64,000 nt of DNA from the NCBI GenBank assembly GCA_963835945.1, contig CAWIHR010000068.1, positions 2,325-66,324 of the forward strand, read 5' to 3'. Below, piece by piece: positions 22,077-31,813 of the stretch. The stretch's first letter is position 1. Each line of letters begins with the position of its first letter. Source of the DNA: an uncultured Chloroflexia bacterium. GTDB lineage: Bacteria > Chloroflexota > Limnocylindria > Limnocylindrales > CSP1-4. The notes beneath the pieces are model-generated. The model was not told the DNA's origin, did no database searches, and worked only from the letters and a program-made list of their open reading frames with translations. Position numbers and translations under genes: made by a program.

Positions 22077-23336
22077 TCACCCGGGGTCGTGCGGGTCCTG
22101 CTCGTGGTCCGGGTCCTCGTCGAGGCTAGGCCGCAGGTCTGCGCGCGCGTGAATCTCTGTTAGCGAGTCGTGCAGTGGAGGCGGGACCGGGACGCGCACG
22201 CCGCGCCCCTCGCGCTGGGCAACCCGTCGAGCGGCCCGCACGGCGACCGTCCGCGGGTCCGCCGTCGCCCGGTTGAGGTAGTAGAAGAAGAAACTGGAGA
22301 TGACGGCGGCGACCGGGATGCCGAAGATCGCGCCCGCGACGCCGGCCACCTTGCTGCCCACGATCACCGAGCCCAGCACCACGAGGGGGTGGATCCCCAC
22401 CGTGTCGGCCATGAGCCGTGGCTGGACGACGTTCATCACGACCAGCCAGCCGGCCGCCATTACGATGAGCGTGGGAACGACGGACGCGGGCTGCGTCAGG
22501 ATCGCGTCGATCACCGGGGGCGCCCACGAGAGGAACGGCCCGAAGAAGGGGATGGCCTGCAGGACGCCGGACGCGGCGCCCACGACTGGGGTGTACGGCA
22601 GGCCGAGGAGCATCCCCAGCAGCGCGGCGAGCGCCCCGTACATCAGCCCCATGATCGCCTGCCCGCGCAGGAACCCCCCGAACGAGCGCGACACCGTCCG
22701 CTCGAAGAGCCGGAACTCCTCGGCGTATTGGGGCGGGACCAGCCGCGCCCCGAAGGTCAGGATGCGGTCGCGGTCGAGCACCATGTACAGCGACAGGAAC
22801 AGGATGATCAATAGGTTGCCCAGGACCCCCAGCCCCGCCAGTGCAAAGCTCGACACGGGTGCCGCCACCGCCGGGAGATTGTGAAGAAACGTCTGCACCT
22901 GGGCCGCCACGTCGACCTTGATGCCCAGCCGGTCAAGGCTGCCCTGGTTCGACTGGATGACGTCGAGCAGGCGTTTCTGCAGGCTCGGGGCGTTCGCGGC
23001 CAGCGCACTAATCGAGCCCGACACCGCCTGCGCGGCATAGATGGCCAGCAGCGACAGGGCGACGAGCAGGAGCCCGTAGGTCAGCAGGACGGCGAGCCCA
23101 CGCGGCAGGCCCGGCGTGATCCGCTCCAGCACGGTGGCGACGGGAGACAGCACGAAGGCGAGCAGCCAGGCCAGGAAGAAGACGAGGACGATCTCGCCGA
23201 AGTACAGGAAGACATTGGCGAGGAGGCCGACGAGGACCAGCGAGACGGCGAATGTGCCGATGACCAGCAACGCGTCCAGCCAGCGGCGCTCGCGCTCGGT
23301 GAAACCCATTCCCGCCCGGGGAGACTCGGGCACCAT
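22077..23336 (-). CDS. AI-2E family transporter (PerM/YhhT, UPF0118)
   Basis: It has about 8 TM helices. FGGFLRGQAIMGLMYG and IPFFGPFLSWAPPVI are typical of the family. Confidence 0.75.
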   Translation of the reverse strand: MVPESPRAGMGFTERERRWLDALLVIGTFAVSLVLVGLLANVFLYFGEIVLVFFLAWLLAFVLSPVATVLERITPGLPRGLAVLLTYGLLLVALSLLAIYAAQAVSGSISALAANAPSLQKRLLDVIQSNQGSLDRLGIKVDVAAQVQTFLHNLPAVAAPVSSFALAGLGVLGNLLIILFLSLYMVLDRDRILTFGARLVPPQYAEEFRLFERTVSRSFGGFLRGQAIMGLMYGALAALLGMLLGLPYTPVVGAASGVLQAIPFFGPFLSWAPPVIDAILTQPASVVPTLIVMAAGWLVVMNVVQPRLMADTVGIHPLVVLGSVIVGSKVAGVAGAIFGIPVAAVISSFFFYYLNRATADPRTVAVRAARRVAQREGRGVRVPVPPPLHDSLTEIHARADLRPSLDEDPDHEQDPHDPG

Positions 23337-23386
23337 GACGTGAGTCTACGACGTGGCACGGGGCGAACGGAGTCGGCCGGCCCCCG

Positions 23387-24427
23387 TCAGCGCCCGATGC
23401 GGCCCAACCCCATCCGGTCGTGGCAGACGGCCAGCGTCTCGCGCGCCATCGGTGCCAGCCGCTCGGCGCCCGAACGCAGGATCTCCTCGACGTAGCCAGG
23501 CCGCTCCAGCAGCGCGCGGCGCCGCTCCCGTGCCTCGGCGAAATACGCGACGATCCGCTCGGATAACAGCCGCTTGGTGTCGACGCAGCCCGTGCGGGCC
23601 GTGCGTTCCCCGTCCCAGATCGCCTCGTAGTCGGCCGGGCTGAAGAAGCGATGGAGCTGGCAGACGTTGCAGACGGCCGGGCGGCCGGGGTCCGTGCGGC
23701 GGATCCGCTCGGTGTCCGTGACCATACTCATGACCTGCCGGTGGATTACCTCGGGCTCGGCGAAGATGTCGATGACGTTGCCGAGCGACTTGGACATCTT
23801 GTTGATCCCGTCGGTGCCCCGCACGACCGGCGAGTCGCTGAAGACAGCCTCGGGCTCCACGAAGTACTCGCCGTAGCGAGCGTTCCACGCCCGCAGGATC
23901 TCACGGGCGAGCTCAAGATGGGCGGCCTGGTCCTTGCCGACCGGCACATACCTTGCGTGATAGATGGCGATGTCGGCCGTCTGCAGCACCGGGTATGTCA
24001 GCAGCCCCTGGTTCACGTCCTCCGGCTGCGTGCGCCGCTTCTCCTTGAACGAGGGCGTCCGCTCGACCCACGTCACCGGCACCACGGTGCTGAGCAGCCA
24101 ACACAGCTCCGTATGTTCGGGCCGGTCTGACTGGCGGAAGAGGACGGCGCGCTCTGGGTCGAGCCCCAGGGCGAGCAACCCGAGCGCCATCTCCTGCGTG
24201 TTGCGGCGGATGAGCTCGCCGTCGTGGGTGCTCGTCAGGGCGTGATAGTCCACGATGCAGTAGATCGCATCGTGCTGCTCCTGCATCGCGATGTATGAGC
24301 GGAAGGCGCCCAGATAGTTCCCCACGTGTGGCAGCCCGGAGGGCTGGACGCCGCTGAAGACACGACTGCGGGGCAGGCTAGCGGGTCCCTGGACGGGGGC
24401 GGCCGTGGGCTCGGGCGAGGTCGTCAT
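23387..24427 (-). CDS. trpS: Tryptophan--tRNA ligase
   Basis: The HIGH-type motif is SGVQPSGLPHVGNYLGA. KMSKS reads KMSKSLGN. The internal ATG (MTTSPEP) is preferred over the ORF start at 24532. Confidence 0.9.
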   Translation of the reverse strand: MTTSPEPTAAPVQGPASLPRSRVFSGVQPSGLPHVGNYLGAFRSYIAMQEQHDAIYCIVDYHALTSTHDGELIRRNTQEMALGLLALGLDPERAVLFRQSDRPEHTELCWLLSTVVPVTWVERTPSFKEKRRTQPEDVNQGLLTYPVLQTADIAIYHARYVPVGKDQAAHLELAREILRAWNARYGEYFVEPEAVFSDSPVVRGTDGINKMSKSLGNVIDIFAEPEVIHRQVMSMVTDTERIRRTDPGRPAVCNVCQLHRFFSPADYEAIWDGERTARTGCVDTKRLLSERIVAYFAEARERRRALLERPGYVEEILRSGAERLAPMARETLAVCHDRMGLGRIGR

Positions 24428-24512
24428 CGGCCCGGAGTGTAGCGGAGCGCGCCGGGTCCCGATTCGGGCCACCGCAGGCATCGGCGGAGCACTCGGGGCG
24501 ATCGGATCGTCG

Positions 24513-24544
24513 GCAAGCGGGCTCGTCAGCAAGCGGGCTCGTCA
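24513..24544. repeat. Perfect tandem duplication of a 16-mer (GCAAGCGGGCTCGTCA x2)
   Basis: Read directly from the sequence. It lies in the 5' untranslated region of trpS. Confidence 0.9.
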
Positions 24545-24721
24545 GCGGAGCGGTGGACACCGTCTCGAGCAGCATGCCCCTCGTACTGGTCGGCGGCGCG
24601 CTGCTCGTCCTCTTCGCCGTCGTGTTACTGCACCGGCACTCCGATTGCGGCTCACGCTCGGCACAATGGCCTCGAGACCGAGGCTTCTCCGACTCTCTGC
24701 GGTTGCCGAGTGCGGCTTAGC

Positions 24722-25684
24722 CTAGGGAGCCATCGCGTCACCGATTACGCCCGGTGAAGGCGCGGACCCGATCTGGCCAGTGATGCTCTCACTCACCGCG
24801 TCGTTCGCGGCATGCGCCACGCTGAAGGCCACGTGCAGGCACTCCTGGCTGGGACCAAGGGCAACAGTGCCTCCAGAAGTGGCGCACATGCCGGTGGCCG
24901 CGACCGGTGCGACGGGGACGGATTCGGGGTGTGCACCCGCGACCGCGAGAGCGCCTGGGACGAACGCCGGGCTGCCCGCCTCCTGGGTCACGACGACAAG
25001 CTGGGTGCCCGGCGCGCTCGCGGCGGCGAGGGTACCAACCGCGGTGGCCGAGCTGCCGCCGAAGTAGGCGGTGTCGTTGCCAAAGTCGGTCGTGTACGCG
25101 GCAGTGATCGTGCCGGGCATCGCGCGAGTGTCCGCCTTGATGCGCAGGTCGCTGACACTGAACGACTCGCGGTAGGTGGAGCTGCTCGTGCCAATGGTCA
25201 CTTCGAAGCAGCCGACTCCGAGGGCGCCTCCGACAGACAGGCCGGCACCGCTCGCGGTGAGACCAAGCGCATCCGGTCCATTGACAGTGCCGCCGGCTAG
25301 GCTCAGAGCGGAGGTCGACCCGGCGACCCCGGCAAGGCAGACCCGGACCCATTGGTTGGCCGCCCAGTCGCCGGCAGCGCCTTCGGTGAAGGTGTAGGTG
25401 CCGAGCGTGACGGCACTGCCACCGCGTGGTACTGACACAGTCTTAGAGACGGTGATTGTGCCCGGCGTCGCCGGTGCAGCACGCTCCGCAGCCGTTGGAC
25501 TCACGGTCGACGCGACCGGAGCGGCGGAGAGCACCGGAGCCGCCGTGAACGGCGTTGGCGCCGTTGAACCGCATGCTGCCGCTAGCAACATGCCTGCAAG
25601 CAGGACGATGAGGGGACCCATCGCTACCGCACATCTGGACGGATCGATCGCGATCTCGGTTCCGCGCGGGCCCTGCCGGCTCAT
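24722..25684 (-). CDS. Lipoprotein paralogous to the central module of the giant surface protein at 51923-55693
   Basis: The lipobox is MLLAAAC. The mature part aligns by eye over about 280 aa with residues encoded at about 52960-53830. Examples: GTITVSKTVSVPRGGSAVTLGTYTFTEGAAGDWAANQWVRVC versus GTITLSNTVSIPQGSKTPVTLGTYTFTEGTAGDWQANDWVQVC, and QECLHVAFSVAHAANDAVSESITGQIGSAPSPG versus QECLTVDFANSHSVGDPLSESISGLSGTAPSPG. The start is uncertain (25684 or 25621). Confidence 0.7.
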   Translation of the reverse strand: MSRQGPRGTEIAIDPSRCAVAMGPLIVLLAGMLLAAACGSTAPTPFTAAPVLSAAPVASTVSPTAAERAAPATPGTITVSKTVSVPRGGSAVTLGTYTFTEGAAGDWAANQWVRVCLAGVAGSTSALSLAGGTVNGPDALGLTASGAGLSVGGALGVGCFEVTIGTSSSTYRESFSVSDLRIKADTRAMPGTITAAYTTDFGNDTAYFGGSSATAVGTLAAASAPGTQLVVVTQEAGSPAFVPGALAVAGAHPESVPVAPVAATGMCATSGGTVALGPSQECLHVAFSVAHAANDAVSESITGQIGSAPSPGVIGDAMAP

Positions 25685-25939
25685 GGGTACTGCCCCCATA
25701 GCACTTCCGCTGAGGCGATTGTCCCACCATCGTCGATGGTTCGACCTCGGCGCGCGGGTTCCACGGAGCAATGCCCGGTGGGCGCGGCCGGCGGATTATG
25801 TCAGCGCGCACCGCAGGCAAGCCCGCTGCGCCGCTGATGCCCGGTCCACCACGACCAACTTCGGAGGCGTTGCCCTGCGACCTGTCACGCGGCTGCAGCT
25901 CCACTCGATACCATGGGGCGCGGTGGAGATCGGGCACCC

Positions 25940-26515
25940 ATGTTCATCCTGTACGCGATCGTCCTAGGGCTGCTGTTCGGGCGGCTGCTGGGCGGCCGGC
26001 TCGACGGCCTTGCCGGACTCTCGTTTCGGTGGGTCGGCGTCGCGATCGCCGGCCTCGCCGTGCAGGTCGTGCTGTTCAGCGCGCCCGTGGGCCGCGAGGT
26101 GCGCGACATCGGTCCGCTGCTCTATGCGGCATCCACGGGCGCCGTGCTCGTCTTCGTCCTCGTCAACCTGCGCATTCGGGGCATGGCCGTCGTCGCCCTG
26201 GGTGCGGGTCTTAACTTGCTCGCGATCATCGCCAACGGAGGCACGATGCCCGCCAGCCGAGCCGCGCTTGCGATGGCCGGCCTGGGGAAGAGCGGCGGGT
26301 ATGCCAACAGCAGGGAGCTCGCGTCGCCCGTCCTCGGCCCGTTGGGGGACGTCTTCGCCCTCCCAGCCGGCGTGCCGCTGGCCAACGTGTTCAGTGTCGG
26401 GGACGTCCTGATCGCGCTGGGAATCATCCTGGTGATCGTGGCGGCCATGCGTTCGCCGCTGCCTTCGCCGCCGGCGTCGCCCCCGACCGGCGGGGGTCCT
26501 GGTACTTCCTTCTGA
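25940..26515 (+). CDS. DUF5317-like integral membrane protein
   Basis: MFILYAIVLGLLFGRLLGGRL.. is followed by four or five TM helices. ANGGTMP and NVFSVGDVLIALG are motifs I associate with DUF5317. This is recalled from memory, not from a search. Confidence 0.5.
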   Translation: MFILYAIVLGLLFGRLLGGRLDGLAGLSFRWVGVAIAGLAVQVVLFSAPVGREVRDIGPLLYAASTGAVLVFVLVNLRIRGMAVVALGAGLNLLAIIANGGTMPASRAALAMAGLGKSGGYANSRELASPVLGPLGDVFALPAGVPLANVFSVGDVLIALGIILVIVAAMRSPLPSPPASPPTGGGPGTSF

Positions 26516-26717
26516 TCCGCACGCCCCTCGCCTGGTACCTGTGACTCATTGCCGGTGCACCTGCCGGGCCGATAGCGTGCGCCTGCAGCGATGGGCGCTG
26601 CCCGGCTGAGCCGGAAGTCGAAGGAGAGCACGAGGGCGATCCTGGCGCGCTTCGTGTTCGCCGCGACGGCGTCAGCCGCCGCGGGCAGGTCCTCATCGCC
26701 GGGGGTGCGGTGGTGGC

Positions 26718-26816
26718 ATGAAGCACAAGGCCCAGCTGGCGAAGTTCCGTATCCTGCTCGCGCTCGTGGCGATCGGCAGTTCAGCCCTGGTTCTCGAGGC
26801 GGGCCGCCGCTGGTAG
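26718..26816 (+). CDS. Possible 32-aa small membrane protein upstream of hom
   Basis: MKHKAQLAKFRILLALVAIGSSALVLEAGRRW has a basic N-terminus, one hydrophobic helix and a basic tail. It is below the ORF-track length cut-off. There is no RBS evidence beyond GGTGG. Confidence 0.25.
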   Translation: MKHKAQLAKFRILLALVAIGSSALVLEAGRRW

Positions 26817-26945
26817 CACGGGGCGCGCAGGCGCGGCCGGATGCGGCCGCGTGACGTTCACCGAGGGACCGCCGGACAGCCGGCGGTCTCGCGGTTTCCG
26901 GGGCGCCGCACATTTCGCGCCCGCGCTGGCCCTACAATCCCCCCG

Positions 26946-28184
26946 ATGACCGCGCCATCGACGGCCACCGGACCCAGCGCCACCGCGCGCCCGCTCCGCG
27001 TCGCGCTCCTCGGTCTCGGGACCGTGGGCCGGGAGGTGGCTCGCGGGCTGCTCTCCCGTGGCGGGCGCTTCCGTTCCGTGACAGGCGGGCGCGAGGTCAG
27101 CCTGGTCGCCGTTGCGGACCGTGACCCAACGCGGCTCGAGGGGCTGGACCTCGCCGGCGTCGAATGCGTCGACGACGGCGCGCGTCTGATCGGGGGACCC
27201 GATGTCGACGTGATCGTCGAGCTGATCGGCGGCGTGGATGGTGCCGGCCGGCTCGTGGCCGCGGCGCTCGATGCCGGCCACTGCGTGGTCACGGCGAACA
27301 AGGCGCTGCTCGCGCGGCGGGGTGCGGAGCTCGAACACTTGGCGCGCACGCGCAACGTCGCGCTGCGCTTCGAAGCGGCGGTCGGCGGCGGCATCCCCGT
27401 GCTCTCGCCCTTGGCGTGCGACCTCGCCGCCAACCGGATCACCGCGGTGCGCGGCATCGTCAGCGGGTCCACTAACTTCGTCCTGAGCTCGATGACAAGC
27501 GCCGGCGCTTCCTACGACGACGTGGTCGCGCAGGCGAAGTCGCTGGGGTTCCTGGAAGCCGACCCGAGCGCGGACGTTGAAGGCCGTGACGCGGCCGACA
27601 AGCTCGCGATCCTCATCAGGCTCGCCTTCGGTGTCTGGCCGGACGTGTCCGCGATCCGCCGCGCCGCGCCGGCGCTCTCCGGCGACGCTAGGCCAGGGAT
27701 CACGGCCGTCGACGGCCCGCTGCTCGACGCTGCCCGGCGCGAGGGCCTGGTCGTGAAGCTGGTGGCCGCCGCGACCCAGGCTCCCGACGGCCACATCGGC
27801 GCCTGGGTGCTTCCGGCTGCCGTGCCGTCGGCCGATCCCCTCGCCCGGACCGAGGGGGCGGAGAACCGCATCGAGGTCGACGGCGCACCCGTGGGGACGG
27901 TCGCGTTCGTCGGCCCCGGCGCGGGCGGCGTGGCCACGAGCAGCGCCGTGCTCGGCGACGTCTTGGCCATCGCGCGCGGCCGGGGATCGACCTGGAGCTG
28001 CTTGCCCGAGGCCGTCGCCCTGCCGGCCGACCGGCTGGTCGACGGCATGGACGCCAGCCGCCGCTGGCTGGCCCACGGCGCTGGCGGCACTTCGATGGTG
28101 GGGCCCGTGCCGCTCGCGGACGCGAGGCGCCAATTGACGACCTCTTCCGACATCACGCTCTTCCCGGTTCTGGAGATGCGCTGA
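26946..28184 (+). CDS. hom: Homoserine dehydrogenase
   Basis: LRVALLGLGTVGREVARGL, VVTANKALLA, GIVSGSTNFVLSSM, EADPSADVEGRDAADKLAIL and a C-terminal ACT-like region are present. Confidence 0.9.
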   Translation: MTAPSTATGPSATARPLRVALLGLGTVGREVARGLLSRGGRFRSVTGGREVSLVAVADRDPTRLEGLDLAGVECVDDGARLIGGPDVDVIVELIGGVDGAGRLVAAALDAGHCVVTANKALLARRGAELEHLARTRNVALRFEAAVGGGIPVLSPLACDLAANRITAVRGIVSGSTNFVLSSMTSAGASYDDVVAQAKSLGFLEADPSADVEGRDAADKLAILIRLAFGVWPDVSAIRRAAPALSGDARPGITAVDGPLLDAARREGLVVKLVAAATQAPDGHIGAWVLPAAVPSADPLARTEGAENRIEVDGAPVGTVAFVGPGAGGVATSSAVLGDVLAIARGRGSTWSCLPEAVALPADRLVDGMDASRRWLAHGAGGTSMVGPVPLADARRQLTTSSDITLFPVLEMR

Positions 28185-28187
28185 GCG

Positions 28188-29306
28188 ATGCGCATGAGCG
28201 AGGTGCTGCGGCACCTGCGGCAGCAGCAGGCGACCACGGGCGCGCGGCCACGACTGCTCCACCGTTATGCCGGCTTCCTGCCGGTGAGCTCGCTCACGCC
28301 GCCGCTCTCGCTCGGCGAGGGGTTCACCCCGCTCGTCCACGCCCGCACGCTCGGCCGCGCCATCGGCTGTCCAGAGCTGTACCTGAAGTTCGAGGGCATG
28401 AACCCGACCGGCTCGTTCAAGGATCGGGGCATGGTGGTGGCCGTGGCCAAAGCGCTCGAGGAAGGCGCCCGGGCGGTCATCTGCGCCTCCACCGGCAACA
28501 CGTCGGCATCCGCGGCGGCGTACGGCGCGAGCGCGGGCCTTGAGGTGATCGTTGTGCTCCCTGCCGGCCGGATCGCGGCCGGCAAGCTGCTCCAGGCGCA
28601 GGTCGCCGGCGCGCGTGTCGTCGCGGTGGACGGCAACTTCGACGACGCGCTGCGCGTGGTGCGCGAGCTGGCGGCGTCGGGCGCGCAGACCGGCCACCCG
28701 GTGACTCTCGTGAACTCGGTCAACCCGTATCGACTGGAGGGCCAGAAGACCGCCGCGTTCGAGGTCTGCGACGACCTGGGCGGCGCGCCTGACTACCTCG
28801 CGATCCCGGTGGGCAACGCCGGCAACATCAGCGCGTACTGGGCCGGCTTTTGCGAGTACCGCGACGCTGGCCTGGTCGAGACGCGGCCCGTCATGCTCGG
28901 GTTTCAGGCGGCCGGGGCGGCACCGCTCGTCCTCGGCCACCCGATCGAGAACCCCGAGACCGTGGCGACGGCCATCCGCATCGGCAACCCGGCCAGCTGG
29001 CACAAGGCGGTACGGGCCCGGGACGAGTCGGGCGGCCGGATCGATGCTGTCACCGACGAGGAGATCCTCGACGCCTACCGCGACCTCGCGCGGTACGAGG
29101 GCGTCTTCTGCGAGCCGGCGAGCGCGGCGTCCGTCGCGGGCGTGCGGAAGCTGGCGGCGGAGGGCGCCATCGACCCCGGCGGTACGATCGTCTGTGTGTT
29201 GACGGGGCACGGCCTCAAGGACCCGGACACCGCGCGGCGGAACGTGCTGCCCGGGGTCACCGCACCCTCAACCGTCGAGGGAGTCAGGGGGGCGCTCGGG
29301 TGGTGA
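28188..29306 (+). CDS. thrC: Threonine synthase
   Basis: GEGFTPL, the PLP-lysine motif [24 protein letters not shown] and GNAGN are present. Confidence 0.9.
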   Translation: MRMSEVLRHLRQQQATTGARPRLLHRYAGFLPVSSLTPPLSLGEGFTPLVHARTLGRAIGCPELYLKFEGMNPTGSFKDRGMVVAVAKALEEGARAVICASTGNTSASAAAYGASAGLEVIVVLPAGRIAAGKLLQAQVAGARVVAVDGNFDDALRVVRELAASGAQTGHPVTLVNSVNPYRLEGQKTAAFEVCDDLGGAPDYLAIPVGNAGNISAYWAGFCEYRDAGLVETRPVMLGFQAAGAAPLVLGHPIENPETVATAIRIGNPASWHKAVRARDESGGRIDAVTDEEILDAYRDLARYEGVFCEPASAASVAGVRKLAAEGAIDPGGTIVCVLTGHGLKDPDTARRNVLPGVTAPSTVEGVRGALGW

Positions 29307-30463
29307 CGCGGCGTCGGCGGGGGACTGCACAGGTGCCCGCGGCGGAGGCCTCGCCGGCGACCGAGCTCGCACCCGGGTCCGAGTTGCCACCGCCAGTGGG
29401 CGCGGCGGACGCCAACGAGCTCCCCGCCGTGGAAGCCCCGGCCGGCGACGCTGCCGGTGCGGTCGACGTCGCAGCCGACGGGCCCGCCGGCCGGATCCAC
29501 CCCGCCCCCGAGCCGCCACCCTTCCGGGGCATCGTCCGACAGTGCGTGGTCGTCGACGTCCCCGCCAGCACCGCCAACCTCGGCGCCGGATACGACACGC
29601 TCGCGATGGCCCTCGACCTGGTTAATCGGGTCAGCGTCGAGGTCCTTGACGCTCCCTCGGTCGAGCTGTCCGTCGCGGGTGAAGGCGAGGGCCAGCTCGC
29701 GGGGGATCGGCAGAACCGCTTCGTCGTGGCCCTGGAGCTTGGCCTCCGGTGGGCGCTGGGCGAGGTCCCATCGGGCATCGGCTGGCGCATCGCGATGCGC
29801 AACGAGATCCCGCTGGCGCGCGGCCTGGGGTCCTCCGCAGCGGCCACCGTGGCGGGTCTCCTCGCAGCGGACGCGCTGACAGGCGGCGGCCTGGACGCGC
29901 GCCGCCAGCTCGAGCTTGCCTGCGAGCTCGAGGGCCACCCAGACAACGCAGCCGCGGCGCTGCTTGGCGGGTTTGTGGTAGTGGCCATGAGCGGCGGACG
30001 TCCCGAGGTCGTGCGCTTCGACGTGCCGGGCCGGCTGCGGGCGGTGCTGTTCATCCCCGAGCGGCATCTCTCGACCGCCGCCATGCGGGCCGCGCTTCCG
30101 CGCGAGGTGCTGCACCGCGACGCGGCCTTCAACGTGAGCCGTGCTGCGCTAGCCGTCGCGGCCATCGCGAGCGGCCGGTACGCCCTTCTGCGCGAGGCGA
30201 CCGAAGACCGCCTGCACGAGCCGTACCGCGCGGCCGTTTACCCGGAGCTTCCGGCGCTACTCGCCGCGGCCCGCGAGGCTGGCGCCCTCGGGGCATGCCT
30301 GTCTGGCGCCGGGTCGAGCGTCATCGCCTTTGCCGACGATGAGTCCACGCTGGAGGCGGCCGGGGAGGCGATGGCGCGCGTGGCGGCGGACCAGGCACTG
30401 GCCGGCAGGGTCCGCCCGGTCGCGCCGCGCAACGCCGGCCCCATCGTCGTCGAGGCCGAGTAG
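29303..30463 (+). CDS. thrB: Homoserine kinase (start uncertain)
   Basis: [16 protein letters not shown], the GHMP motif [12 protein letters not shown], and [12 protein letters not shown] are present. The catalytic body begins near GTG 29546. The upstream 80 codons are Ala/Pro-rich and may not be translated. Confidence 0.85.
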   Translation: MTRRRRGTAQVPAAEASPATELAPGSELPPPVGAADANELPAVEAPAGDAAGAVDVAADGPAGRIHPAPEPPPFRGIVRQCVVVDVPASTANLGAGYDTLAMALDLVNRVSVEVLDAPSVELSVAGEGEGQLAGDRQNRFVVALELGLRWALGEVPSGIGWRIAMRNEIPLARGLGSSAAATVAGLLAADALTGGGLDARRQLELACELEGHPDNAAAALLGGFVVVAMSGGRPEVVRFDVPGRLRAVLFIPERHLSTAAMRAALPREVLHRDAAFNVSRAALAVAAIASGRYALLREATEDRLHEPYRAAVYPELPALLAAAREAGALGACLSGAGSSVIAFADDESTLEAAGEAMARVAADQALAGRVRPVAPRNAGPIVVEAE

Positions 30464-30470
30464 CGCTCGC

Positions 30471-31811
30471 TTAGCCCAACGGCAGCTCGATCACGAAGGT
30501 CGTGCCCTGCGGCGTCGAGGACTCGATCCGCACGTCCCCTCCGTTGGCTCGTGCGAGCTCGCGTGCCACGGTGAGCCCGATCCCGGTCCCTCCCGGCTGC
30601 CCGGGCCGGCGGGCGCGCGCTGGGTCTGCACGGTAGAAGCGCTCGAAGACGCGGGACTGCTGGTCGGGCGGGATGCCCGGTCCCGTGTCCGACACCCGGA
30701 TCCGAGCAACCGGGCCCTCCCTCGCCACGCTCAGTCGGACCGTGCCGCCCTGGGGCGTGTACACCGCGGCGTTCGTGAGCAGGTTTTGCAGCGAGCGCTC
30801 CACCTGTCGAGGATCCACGTGCGCCACCACGCTCGCGTCTCCGGCGCCCGGACCCAGCAGCGCCACGCCTTCCTGCCCGTAGAGCGCCTGCACGGCGGCC
30901 GCGCAGTCGGTCGCCAGCGCGAGCAGGTCCACACGCTCGGGCGATCGCAACAGGGCCGCCCCCTCGGCCGCCGCAAGGTCGTGCAGGTCGCCTACGAGCC
31001 TTGAAACCTCCCCCGCGGTCTCTCGTGTCGCCGCCAGCTGTTCGGGCGTCGCCGGGACCACGCCGTCTGCCAGCGCATCGAGCTGCGTGGTCAGCACCGT
31101 GACCGGCGTGGCGATCTCGTGCGCCAGGTCGCTAGCGGCCCGGCGCCGCAGCTGCTCGGAGCGCTGCAGGCTCTCGGCCATCGAGTTGAACGCAAGCGCG
31201 AGTTCGTGGCCCTCGCGGTCCGTGGGCACCGGCACGCGCGTGGCGAGGTCGCCGCCTCCCAGCCGGTGCGCGGCGGCGGCCAGCGACGAAAGCGGCCGTG
31301 TCATGCGCAGCCCCATCACCAGTGCAGCGGCCACGCTCACGATCACCGCGACCAGCCCCGCGATGAGCAACGTCTGGTCGATCCCGCGACGAAAGGCCAG
31401 CGATGCCGTCCGCACGGCGGCAACCGCAAGGCCGCGACTTTGAACGTCGAGCCGGCCGACCGTCTGCCCGCCGACCACGATCGGCGAGCTGTCGACTGGC
31501 CCTGCCTGCGCCGCGCCGAACCCGGCCGACCGTGCGAGGAGGTCCCCCGACAAGTCGTAGATGGCGATCGGCCCGCCCGCCGCGGTCACCAGTTGGCGCA
31601 CCTCGAGCCCCGTCAGCACGAGCGCCCCGTTCAGGCGATACTCGTCGGCGAGGATGGCCGCGGCCTGGTCGCGCCGACTGGTCTCCTCCTGCGACAGGTA
31701 CTGTGAGAACCGGGATCCAACGACGACGTTGACGAGGATCCCGGTCAGGACGATGACGACGGCGACGGCGCCGCCGATGGCGAGGGCCAGGCGGACGCCG
31801 AGGCGGTCCAC
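30471..31811 (-). CDS. Sensor histidine kinase (TM-HAMP-HisKA-HATPase_c)
   Basis: The H-box is SDLAHEIATPV. The N-box is NLLTNAAVYT. The G-boxes are DTGPGI and GTGIGLTVA. GTG 31811 sits 3 nt after the regulator stop. The longer ORF start at 31931 would overlap the regulator by 118 nt. Confidence 0.85.
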   Translation of the reverse strand: MDRLGVRLALAIGGAVAVVIVLTGILVNVVVGSRFSQYLSQEETSRRDQAAAILADEYRLNGALVLTGLEVRQLVTAAGGPIAIYDLSGDLLARSAGFGAAQAGPVDSSPIVVGGQTVGRLDVQSRGLAVAAVRTASLAFRRGIDQTLLIAGLVAVIVSVAAALVMGLRMTRPLSSLAAAAHRLGGGDLATRVPVPTDREGHELALAFNSMAESLQRSEQLRRRAASDLAHEIATPVTVLTTQLDALADGVVPATPEQLAATRETAGEVSRLVGDLHDLAAAEGAALLRSPERVDLLALATDCAAAVQALYGQEGVALLGPGAGDASVVAHVDPRQVERSLQNLLTNAAVYTPQGGTVRLSVAREGPVARIRVSDTGPGIPPDQQSRVFERFYRADPARARRPGQPGGTGIGLTVARELARANGGDVRIESSTPQGTTFVIELPLG

Positions 31812-31813
31812 AG

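Noticed and set aside
24428-24720. T-box or other leader RNA upstream of trpS (minus strand), and a 48-aa ORF at about 24574-24720 on the + strand
   Set aside because: I could not find the conserved T-box sequence (AAnnnGGGTGGnACCGCG) or a convincing specifier/antiterminator arrangement. Only a GGTGGCCC string and a 16-bp tandem duplication were seen. The small ORF has no RBS and no supporting evidence.
26781-29210. 809-aa ORF on the minus strand
   Set aside because: It lies antisense to hom and thrC, which have unambiguous motifs. Its Arg/Gly/Pro/Ala-dominated composition is typical of a shadow frame in very GC-rich DNA, and it has no motifs.
29303-29545. 80-codon Ala/Pro/Glu-rich N-terminal extension of homoserine kinase as a real domain
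   Set aside because: It has no motif and low-complexity composition. The conserved ThrB body starts at about GTG 29546. I kept the longest ORF coordinates only because I cannot choose the start with confidence.
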